Shown here: in pieces, positions 18,083 through 25,460 of the stretch
Position numbering within the stretch: the stretch's first letter is position 1
Layout of the letters: the number at the start of each line of letters is the position of its first letter
From: Acidimicrobiaceae bacterium
GTDB lineage: Bacteria; Actinomycetota; Acidimicrobiia; Acidimicrobiales; Poriferisodalaceae
Assembly: GCA_003452475.1 (NCBI GenBank)
Contig: DMOB01000259.1
Span: forward strand, 1-29,415
Reading direction: 5' to 3'
DNA length: 29,415 nucleotides
Notes under the pieces: generated by a model
Told to the model about the DNA's origin: nothing
Databases searched by the model: none
Seen by the model: only the letters and a program-made list of their open reading frames with translations
Translations under genes and position numbers: made by a program

Positions 18083-18712
18083 ATGAAATTAGAAGCCCCT
18101 TCTATCGTCGAATTGCACATTGGGGATGAGCCGCAAGTTTGGAAAAATTTAGGGTTCCGAGTCGAAAATAAACGATGTCGAGTAGGAACTATAGATTTGG
18201 TATTTGACCAAGGTTCTAAAGGTTCAGGAATCCATTCATGGGTTCTACAAAATGCTAAATCTCCAAATTTTGGTTCAATTAAAACTATGTCACAAGATTT
18301 TTTATCGACAGAAGTGGCGTCAGACCATCCGAATGGGTGCTTTGGTATTGACCACGTTGTGATGCGAGTACCTGAGTTTAGTAGAGGGCGAATGGCTCTG
18401 GAAAAGATAGGAGCGCTCGTTGGTGAACCCGAAGCCATTTCGAAATCTGGACCGACGATATTAAGATCTGCTGTGAATATGGGCGAAGTGGTCCTTGAAC
18501 TGATTGGGCCAGAAGAGCTTGACCCTATTGCTAGTTGGGCGCTTTGGGGTCTTGTGATGTCAGTTCGGGAGGTTGACGAATGTGCCAAGCTTCTAGGGCC
18601 AGCTGTAGGAAAAGTTAAACCTGCTGTTCAAAAAAATAAATGCATAACGACAGTTCGGAAGGAAGCGGGTGCCTCTGCAGCGATCGCATTCTTAGGGCCA
18701 CCTGCAAAATAA
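18083..18712 (+). CDS. VOC/glyoxalase-like fold protein
   Basis: IDHVVMRVP, VVLELIGP, LWGLVMSV, AVGKVKPAVQ. Appears to have repeated beta-alpha-beta-beta-beta modules. Confidence 0.7.
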   Translation: MKLEAPSIVELHIGDEPQVWKNLGFRVENKRCRVGTIDLVFDQGSKGSGIHSWVLQNAKSPNFGSIKTMSQDFLSTEVASDHPNGCFGIDHVVMRVPEFSRGRMALEKIGALVGEPEAISKSGPTILRSAVNMGEVVLELIGPEELDPIASWALWGLVMSVREVDECAKLLGPAVGKVKPAVQKNKCITTVRKEAGASAAIAFLGPPAK

Positions 18713-18760
18713 TTGGATTGAGTAATCGATATCTGTTCCCTTATTTCGTGCTCTAATGCT

Positions 18761-19747
18761 GTGATGAAGATTTCAGCCGCGTTCCCACCGACTCCCGAAA
18801 CTCCAGAGCACATAGAATTGGCTGAGCGACTTGGCTACGAGACGGCTTGGGTATACGACACGCCAGCATTGCAGCTAGATGTTTGGATGATTCTTGCCTT
18901 AGCAGCGACGCGAACAAAAAAAATTAAACTAGGCCCGGGCGTCTTAATACCATCTCTTCGCCATCCGATGGTCACTGCGTCAGCGATTGCAACTTTAGTC
19001 AGTCTTGTTGGCCAAGACAGGGTCGTGGTTGGCGCTGGAACTGGTTTCACAGGACGTCGAGCAATGGGACAGAAACCTCTGAAGTGGGCTGAATTTCCTG
19101 AAATGGTCAGAGACGTGCAAAGTTTACTCCGGGGGGAAACAGTCGAGCATGAGGGACAAGTCATATCAATGCTTCATTGGGAAGGCCATGCTCCCAATCT
19201 TCCAATTGAAGTGCCATGGACTCTAGGAGTTAATGGGCCGAGAGGCCTAGGAGTAGCAGCAGAAATGAACCACGGGGTTTTCACTTCCCGTCCTCGTCCT
19301 GATGCAGATTACTCTCAGCTTCGAGATGTTGTTTTGTTGACGAGCGGAACCGTTATGGATGAAGGTGAGACGGTCGATTCCGAACGGGTTATTGAAACGG
19401 CAGGACCATGGGTGAGTGTTGCCTACCATGCATTTTTAGAGCAAAAAGATGAACGACTGGCGTCTATGCCAAATGCTGAAAAATTCATTGAGCTAGTTGG
19501 CCAAGTTTCAGAAGAGGAAAAGCATCTGCACGTGCATGCTGGACATTTGACAAATATGAACGCGATAGATCGGGAAGTGATAACTGGTGAAAGCATGTTT
19601 GCATCACCATTTACGTTGCCGGCAAGTGATGTGGCCGCAAAAATAAATGAATTTGCTGACCAGGGAGTGACAGAAATCGCGTTTCAACCAATGGGCAATA
19701 TCGAGCGGGAACTCTCAGCTTTTGCTCGAGCATCGGGAATAAGCTGA
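18761..19747 (+). CDS. LLM-class (Mer-like) flavin/F420-dependent oxidoreductase
   Basis: AERLGYETAWVYD, IKLGPGVLIPSLRHPMVTA, GAGTGFTG, NGPRGL, GVTEIAFQP. Confidence 0.9.
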   Translation: MMKISAAFPPTPETPEHIELAERLGYETAWVYDTPALQLDVWMILALAATRTKKIKLGPGVLIPSLRHPMVTASAIATLVSLVGQDRVVVGAGTGFTGRRAMGQKPLKWAEFPEMVRDVQSLLRGETVEHEGQVISMLHWEGHAPNLPIEVPWTLGVNGPRGLGVAAEMNHGVFTSRPRPDADYSQLRDVVLLTSGTVMDEGETVDSERVIETAGPWVSVAYHAFLEQKDERLASMPNAEKFIELVGQVSEEEKHLHVHAGHLTNMNAIDREVITGESMFASPFTLPASDVAAKINEFADQGVTEIAFQPMGNIERELSAFARASGIS

Positions 19748-19833
19748 GAGTTCAATAACGAATTACTCCGGCGTTCCTGTTTAGTGAAAAGTCTTCTGCG
19801 CTAATTGGCAACCACACCGCCAATCATGTCATG

Positions 19834-19851
19834 AAACGTAATGATACGTTT
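19834..19851. promoter_or_regulatory. Candidate operator: AAACGTA-N4-TACGTTT
   Basis: Perfect 7-bp arms, 26 nt upstream of the YbhB/YbcL start codon. Confidence 0.35.
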
Positions 19852-19877
19852 GTTTAAAGTGATGTAAAGGAGCTTAA

Positions 19878-20414
19878 ATGCCAATACCAAATAGTCCATA
19901 TGATTTCCTTCCACCAGTTAGTAACTTCGCTCTCGATAGCTCCGATGTCTCGGATGGAGAGATGCTTCCGATGGCGCAGGTGTCAGGAATTTTTGGAGCC
20001 GGCGGCCAAGATATATCGCCAAACCTAAAGTGGTCAGGAGCACCAGAACAAACTGAGAGCTTCGTTGTCACTTGTTTCGATCCAGATGCACCTACGGGCA
20101 GTGGATTTTGGCATTGGGTCGTATATGACATCCCAGCTGACGTTTTTGAATTGGCGACCGGAAGCGGCGCAGAAGACGGTCAAAAGCTACCAGAAGGTGC
20201 AAAACAACTAAGAAACGATGCAGGGCTATATGGATATTTGGGCTCTGCGCCGCCGGCAGGACATGGCCCACATCGTTATATGTTTGCTGTCCATGCACTA
20301 AGCATTAAAAAACTTCCAATCGACGACCAAGTTTCTCCAGCTATCTGCGGATTCAACATGTTCGGAACTACCTTGGCTCGGGCCTTGTTAGTCCCAATTT
20401 ACCTGCAAAGCTAA
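19878..20414 (+). CDS. YbhB/YbcL family (PEBP, Raf-kinase-inhibitor-like) protein
   Basis: SPNLKWSGAP, TCFDPDAPTGSGFWHW, NDAG, GSAPPAGHGPHRY. AAGGAG SD upstream. Confidence 0.95.
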   Translation: MPIPNSPYDFLPPVSNFALDSSDVSDGEMLPMAQVSGIFGAGGQDISPNLKWSGAPEQTESFVVTCFDPDAPTGSGFWHWVVYDIPADVFELATGSGAEDGQKLPEGAKQLRNDAGLYGYLGSAPPAGHGPHRYMFAVHALSIKKLPIDDQVSPAICGFNMFGTTLARALLVPIYLQS

Positions 20415-20438
20415 ATCACTAAATAGTTTCGATCCAGG

Positions 20439-21482
20439 TCAGGATTGAGCTGCAGAGATTGTCTCCTCGATAGCTTCGATATCTGGTGGAGGTCCATAGA
20501 ACATCATGGTTGAACGATCTGCAAAAGTATTTCGCTCCCGGAGTTGAACCCCAACCTCTGAGGGTGTCCCTGATATGCAAAGAAGGTCTATTAAATCATC
20601 ATCTATGTTTTGAGTCATTTTCAACCACTCTCCCTGTTTAGAAAGCCGGTTCAGTTCTGGTTGTAGGTTCTCATATCCATGAAAATCGAGTACACCAGAG
20701 TAGGCGGGAGTTGATCCATAAAAAGCGAGTTGTGCCGCCGCTTTCGTTCGTGCTCGAGCAACTTCTTCATCATTCCTACCCATAGCGACGATAGTGAGAC
20801 ACGCAACGACAACTTCCTCCGCTGAACGTCCAGCAGTTTTTGCTCCTTTGGCCAATTCAGGAAGCGTTTCGTTGATCACATAATCAGCGGTGTGGAAGGG
20901 ATGCACGAAGAAGCCGTCCGCGACTTCGCCGACCACGTTGACTAGCTTGGGGCCAACACCAGCAACATAAATAGGTGGTTTGGAAACCGTTAAAGGCCCA
21001 GGACTGAAAGCTGGAGTCATGAGAGAGTGGGTATAGAACTCACCTTTAAAATTAAGTTCTGCACCCGTCTGGAAATTGTCCCAAATTGCATGTAGCGCTC
21101 TTATGTACTCCCGCATGCGTGCCGCAGGCCTTGACCACTGCTCGCTGTATCGCCTTGTGATATGGGGCTTTATTTGAGTGCCTAATCCAAGAATAAATCG
21201 GCCTTCAGATAAACGCTGCAGATCCCAAGAAGTCACGGCGCAGGTCATTGGGTTTCGAGCAAAGGCAACTGCAATAGCTGTTCCTAGATTTATGGACTTA
21301 GTTCGGTCAGCAGCCAAAACAAGCGGAAGGAATGGGTCATGTGATGCTTCAAAAGTCCATGCGGCATCCAATCCCATTTCCTCGAAGGCTACGGCTTCTT
21401 CGGCGCATCCATCTGGGGTAGGACTGCTAGTAGCACCGTCAATTAAAAGAGGTTCATTGAGCATTCGTTCCTCAGTCTCCAT
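20439..21482 (-). CDS. Probable F420-dependent LLM oxidoreductase (MSMEG_2256/TIGR03617-like); alternative start ATG 21464
   Basis: EASHDPFLPL, LGTAIAVAFARNPM, WDLQRLSEGRFILGLGTQIKPHI, WSRPAARMREY, FYGSTPAY. Confidence 0.92.
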   Translation of the reverse strand: METEERMLNEPLLIDGATSSPTPDGCAEEAVAFEEMGLDAAWTFEASHDPFLPLVLAADRTKSINLGTAIAVAFARNPMTCAVTSWDLQRLSEGRFILGLGTQIKPHITRRYSEQWSRPAARMREYIRALHAIWDNFQTGAELNFKGEFYTHSLMTPAFSPGPLTVSKPPIYVAGVGPKLVNVVGEVADGFFVHPFHTADYVINETLPELAKGAKTAGRSAEEVVVACLTIVAMGRNDEEVARARTKAAAQLAFYGSTPAYSGVLDFHGYENLQPELNRLSKQGEWLKMTQNIDDDLIDLLCISGTPSEVGVQLRERNTFADRSTMMFYGPPPDIEAIEETISAAQS

Positions 21483-22728
21483 ACCAATCGACTCCGCCTT
21501 TACCGCTTTGTCTGGCGATCTCTGCCTGGGCCAAAGTCAGCTTAGCTAACTGGTTCATGTGGACTTCATCGGGGCCGTCCGCAATTCGCATCAAGCGACC
21601 TATTACAAACATTTCAGCTATAGGAGTATCACCACTAACACCTTTACCACCGAAAATTTGCATTGCTCGTTCAGCGACATCATGAGCTAACTTAGGTCCA
21701 ACAATCTTGACCATGGAGATGTAATCCCTAGCTCCTTTAGCGCCAGATTTATCCATCTCTGCTGCGGCTTTCAAAACAAGCAAACGGGCTTGTTCGATGG
21801 CGCACCTAGCTCTTGCTATATCTTGTCGAGTGGAAGAGAATTCGCTGATTTTAGATCCAAAAGGTTCACGTCCTTCCGCCCGGGCGCACATCATGTCAAG
21901 CATCCTCTGAGCCATCCCAACATTTGTCATTGCATACTGAAATCTCCCTGGTCCGAGTCTTCCTTGAGCTATCTCAAATCCTCGGCCCTCACCAAGAATT
22001 ATGTTGTCGATAGGAACCCGAACGTTATGATAGGCAAGTTCGCCATGACCAGCAGGAGAATGAAAATTTCCAAATACTGAGAGCGGACGAACAATCTCTA
22101 GCCCAGGCGTGTCTTTCGGAACGATTACCATTGAGTGACGTTGGTGCCGGTTGTTATCGGGATTTGTAACCCCCATGGTTATGACAAACTCACAGAGCGG
22201 ATGATAAATATTACTGCTCCACCACTTTCGGCCGTTAAGGACGTAATGATCCCCATCTCGCTCAATTTGAAGCTCCATGTTGGTTGCGTCAGAAGAAGCT
22301 ACCTGTGGCTCAGTCATCCCATACGTTGAGCGGATTCGCCCCTCCATAAGAGGGCGAAGCCATTGATCTTGTTGTTCGGAGGTTCCGTATTTTGCCAGAA
22401 CTTCCATATTGCCCCGATCAGGAGCGGAGCAATTAAACACCTCGAAAGACCAGGGCACCCTGCCCATGACTTCTGCTAGGGGCGCGTATTCAAGATTAGT
22501 AAAGCCAGGACTCCAATCACCATATTCTGCAGGTAGAAACCAGTTCCAGATGCCAGCTTCCTGAGCTTTGGCTTTTAACTCTTCGACTACGGGTGGTTGT
22601 TGCCAAAGATTGTCTGGATTTTCGATGAAGTCATGGTGCTCGCGCTCGGCGGGGTAGACATGAGCTTCCATAAATGTTTCTAGTCGCTCAACGTGTTCCA
22701 TTGTTTTCGCGTTGTATTCAAAGTCCAC
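21472..22728 (-). CDS. Acyl-CoA dehydrogenase, ACAD10/ACAD11 (LvaC/FadE1)-like
   Basis: WNWFLP, TNLEYAPLAE-MGR, FNCSAPD-GNMEVL, MTEPQVASSDATN, FEIAQGRLGPGR, RIADGPDEVH. AAGGAG SD upstream of the GTG. Confidence 0.93.
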   Translation of the reverse strand: MDFEYNAKTMEHVERLETFMEAHVYPAEREHHDFIENPDNLWQQPPVVEELKAKAQEAGIWNWFLPAEYGDWSPGFTNLEYAPLAEVMGRVPWSFEVFNCSAPDRGNMEVLAKYGTSEQQDQWLRPLMEGRIRSTYGMTEPQVASSDATNMELQIERDGDHYVLNGRKWWSSNIYHPLCEFVITMGVTNPDNNRHQRHSMVIVPKDTPGLEIVRPLSVFGNFHSPAGHGELAYHNVRVPIDNIILGEGRGFEIAQGRLGPGRFQYAMTNVGMAQRMLDMMCARAEGREPFGSKISEFSSTRQDIARARCAIEQARLLVLKAAAEMDKSGAKGARDYISMVKIVGPKLAHDVAERAMQIFGGKGVSGDTPIAEMFVIGRLMRIADGPDEVHMNQLAKLTLAQAEIARQSGKGGVDWYGD

Positions 22729-22861
22729 AGTACCGAGCTCCTTAAGTAAGTATTGATACGGATACTTGCAGAGTTAGACCGGCTAGTGCTCAGTAAATGA
22801 AATGTATTTTGGGTTTCAGACCGTTATTGTGTAAGTACGTTGTTCTGATGGGAGAAATGCT

Positions 22862-22972
22862 ATGGAAGACGAAAACTCGCTGATTCCCGCAATGATCGCT
22901 GTTTTTCTAGGTATTGGTGGTGCGTTAGCAGCTGTGACGGTTGTGATCGTGACTGTTGTTGTCTTGGTCTGA
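22862..22972 (+). CDS. Small single-pass membrane protein, 36 aa (MEDENSLIPAMIAVFLGIGGALAAVTVVIVTVVVLV); not in the ORF track
   Basis: SD GGAGA (22851-22855) 6 nt before the ATG. Fills an otherwise empty intergenic gap. Acidic N-terminus followed by an uninterrupted hydrophobic stretch of about 27 residues. Confidence 0.65.
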   Translation: MEDENSLIPAMIAVFLGIGGALAAVTVVIVTVVVLV

Positions 22973-22993
22973 TTGACTAAACAAAAACTATCC

Positions 22994-23803
22994 CTAACTA
23001 AAATCGGGTAGATCTGAGTTTACGGATCCTTCCCATTCTGGGGCACGTTTTTCGATGAAGTGCAGTACTCCCTCTGTCCCATCTGGCTGAGCTCCTAGCC
23101 AAGGAATTATAGAAAACTCTTGCGAAACAGTTTTAAGTATTTCTGGCTTAATATTTTCCCACATCATTTTTTTAGTAACTGCTACAGACACAGGTGCAGT
23201 ATTTTTGGCAATGTCATGTGCCCAGTCCATGGCGGCGGGTAGAACCTGCTCCGCTGGCAGTGATTGCGCTACTAAACCTATTTGCATAGCCTCTTGACCA
23301 GAAAAAAATCTTCCGGAAAGCAGAAGGTCGCTAGCCGTTTGGAGTCCCACAATGTGAGTTAAGAGTTTTGATGAGCCTAGTTCTGGTGCAATGCCTCGTC
23401 TGACAAATGCGAACTGGAGCTTCGCATCCTCAGCGACAAAACGAATATCGGCTGAAAGCGGGAAAGTAATTCCGACACCGATGGCATGACCATTGATAGC
23501 CGCTACAACCGGTTTCGATAAATCCCAGGGCATCGTAGCGGGAGTGCCTTGTGCCTGATCACCGTTGTCGTTGTTGTCGGCAAAAGTATCTGCGCCAGCA
23601 GAGAGATCTTGTCCGGCGCAGAAAGCACGCCCGGCGCCAGTGATTACTACAGCACGAACTGAATCGTTGGTTTCTGCTGCATGCAGAGCATGGCTGATTT
23701 CGGTTGCCATTTCCGTGTTCCAAGCATTCAGGTATTCAGGTCTGTTCAGAGTTAGTACAGCTACTCCTGAATCGATTTCATAGATAATCTTGTTATAGGC
23801 CAT
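22994..23803 (-). CDS. Crotonase-superfamily enoyl-CoA hydratase/isomerase; start revised from 23839 to ATG 23803
   Basis: LTLNRPEYLNA, GRAFCAGQDL, KPVVAAINGHAIGVG, FVRRGIAPELGSS, HFIEKRAP. TACGTT -10-like hexamer 7 nt before ATG 23803. Confidence 0.92.
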   Translation of the reverse strand: MAYNKIIYEIDSGVAVLTLNRPEYLNAWNTEMATEISHALHAAETNDSVRAVVITGAGRAFCAGQDLSAGADTFADNNDNGDQAQGTPATMPWDLSKPVVAAINGHAIGVGITFPLSADIRFVAEDAKLQFAFVRRGIAPELGSSKLLTHIVGLQTASDLLLSGRFFSGQEAMQIGLVAQSLPAEQVLPAAMDWAHDIAKNTAPVSVAVTKKMMWENIKPEILKTVSQEFSIIPWLGAQPDGTEGVLHFIEKRAPEWEGSVNSDLPDFS

Positions 23804-23934
23804 AAACGGAAACGTACTCTCCCCGTTCGACCGAGCCACGTATTTCTAAAAGTTGTTTATGTCTGAGAGTTATATGAAATTTGGCGTGTTAATAACTTAG
23901 AGGAAGCTAGACCGGTTAGGTAAGAGGAGTGAAG

Positions 23935-24885
23935 GTGTCCCTCAAAGAACGTAATTTTGAAATAATTAAGACAAATGGTGTCAATCTACGCTGTGTCGTC
24001 GAGGGGAATGGTCCGTTAATAATTTTGATGCACGGATGGCCACAGTGCTGGTACCTATGGCGGCACCAGATTGACCCACTTATAGCTCAAGGGTGGACTG
24101 TTTGTGTCCCGGATCAGAGGGGATATGGAATGTCGGACTGCCCTTCTGCAGTCAGCGATTACAAAATTCTCGATCTCTGCGCAGATATTGACGGCTTAGC
24201 TTCTGCGCTAGGGCATGAGACGTACGTTCTGGGTATCCATGATTGGGGCGCGATTGTAGGGTGGAATGTCGCGCAGCTTTACCCACAACGAGTGCGTGCG
24301 GTAATCGGAATGTCAGTTCCCTACACGCGTGGATTCGACCCCGCATGGTGCACTCAAGCATTTTGGGGCGAAACTTTTTTCTATTGGGCTTACTTTTGTA
24401 ACGAAATTGGAGCTGCGGAAACTGAGTTTGAAAGTGACATTCGCAATTCGTTACTCACAATTCACATGTCCGCTTCCGGGAACTCAGGAGAATCCGTAAA
24501 CCCCATCGGTAAGAAACAAATGCTCGACGCGTTGCCGGCGCCAGCGAAAGAACTTCCTTCATGGATGACCGAAGAAGACCTAGAGTACTATGTCGAGCTT
24601 TACTCCCGTTCTGGGTTTCGTGGGGGACTAAATTGGTACCGGAATATCCCAACGCTGATGGCGGATACCAAGAATTTGGAAGGAATGAGTATAAAGCAGC
24701 CTTCTATTTTTCTTACTGGCGAAGTAGACCCTGTCCGGATGATGGCTCCGCATGAAGCCCAAGCTAAGCATTTTGATGATCTTCGCGAACAACATGTAAT
24801 CAAAAACGTGGGTCATTGGCTTCAGCTGGAAGCTAAAGATGAGGTCAATGAAATAATTCTCGATTTTTTGGCTGAATTTGTATAG
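23935..24885 (+). CDS. Alpha/beta-fold epoxide hydrolase (EphA/soluble EH-like); start probably GTG 23935 (track gives 23929)
   Basis: HGWP oxyanion motif, PDQRGYG, nucleophile HDWGA, NWYRN (lid Tyr), GEVDPV (acid), GHWLQLE (His). GAGGAG lies 5 nt before GTG 23935. Confidence 0.92.
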   Translation: MSLKERNFEIIKTNGVNLRCVVEGNGPLIILMHGWPQCWYLWRHQIDPLIAQGWTVCVPDQRGYGMSDCPSAVSDYKILDLCADIDGLASALGHETYVLGIHDWGAIVGWNVAQLYPQRVRAVIGMSVPYTRGFDPAWCTQAFWGETFFYWAYFCNEIGAAETEFESDIRNSLLTIHMSASGNSGESVNPIGKKQMLDALPAPAKELPSWMTEEDLEYYVELYSRSGFRGGLNWYRNIPTLMADTKNLEGMSIKQPSIFLTGEVDPVRMMAPHEAQAKHFDDLREQHVIKNVGHWLQLEAKDEVNEIILDFLAEFV

Positions 24886-24937
24886 CTAGCAAACCTTATT
24901 AGAGGACAAAGTTCAACATAAGTGGCAGACTAGCGAC

Positions 24938-25417
24938 ATGTCTAGTGAACCAATCTTGTCCTATTCGGAATCAATCGACATTAGAGCTTCGGCTTCCGAT
25001 GTTTGGAAGCTTGTGACTGATATGGAGCGCTACGGAGAGTGGAGTTCTGAAAATACCGGCGGCTATTGGCGAAAAAATGCCGATGGTGTCCCAGGAACTG
25101 GTGAGATTGGTGATGAATTCGTTGGAATTAACCGTAAAGATGGCGAAGAATGGAAAGCTTTAGTTGAGATTGTCGAAAGACAAGAAGGCCAATCATTTGG
25201 TTTCATTACTGGCGGCTTAGCAATGAATTTAATTTCATGGCGTTATTTGATTACCCCCAACGAAGATGGCGTGACCCTCAGTGAACATTGGGATCTGTTG
25301 AATTTGTCGCCGATGATGATTGAGAATGGGCAACCTGAGATAGATAAGCGTGCCGCAAATGCGAAAGAAAGTATTGGAGCTACGCTTAAGGCTATGAAAA
25401 TTACGGCTGAAAGTTAA
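24938..25417 (+). CDS. SRPBCC/START-like (polyketide cyclase/dehydrase) family protein
   Basis: SIDIRASASDVWKLVTDMERYGEWSSE, G-EFVGIN, WRY, GVTLSEHW. Confidence 0.88.
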   Translation: MSSEPILSYSESIDIRASASDVWKLVTDMERYGEWSSENTGGYWRKNADGVPGTGEIGDEFVGINRKDGEEWKALVEIVERQEGQSFGFITGGLAMNLISWRYLITPNEDGVTLSEHWDLLNLSPMMIENGQPEIDKRAANAKESIGATLKAMKITAES

Positions 25418-25460
25418 AGCTACGTTTTATAACTTCCGTATCCGAAAAAACCACGGCCCA

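Noticed and set aside
18040-18310. AT-rich patch as evidence of horizontal transfer
   Set aside because: Only a few hundred bases covering a promoter and a gene 5' end. No integrase, tRNA, direct repeats or IS ends, and composition returns to background within the same gene.
2173-21474. Sec read-through at other TGA stops (P450, CoA-transferase, deacylase, ROK, MFS, amidohydrolase, LLM, ACAD)
   Set aside because: These proteins are already full length for their families and no redox motif ends at the stop. Where I checked (P450, amidohydrolase, ACAD) there is no long in-frame continuation.
22862-22972. RiPP/bacteriocin precursor (GG motif followed by a Val/Thr-rich core)
   Set aside because: The segment before GG is hydrophobic and does not match the double-glycine leader consensus. 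No modifying enzyme or peptidase-ABC exporter is nearby. A plain TM helix is the simpler explanation.
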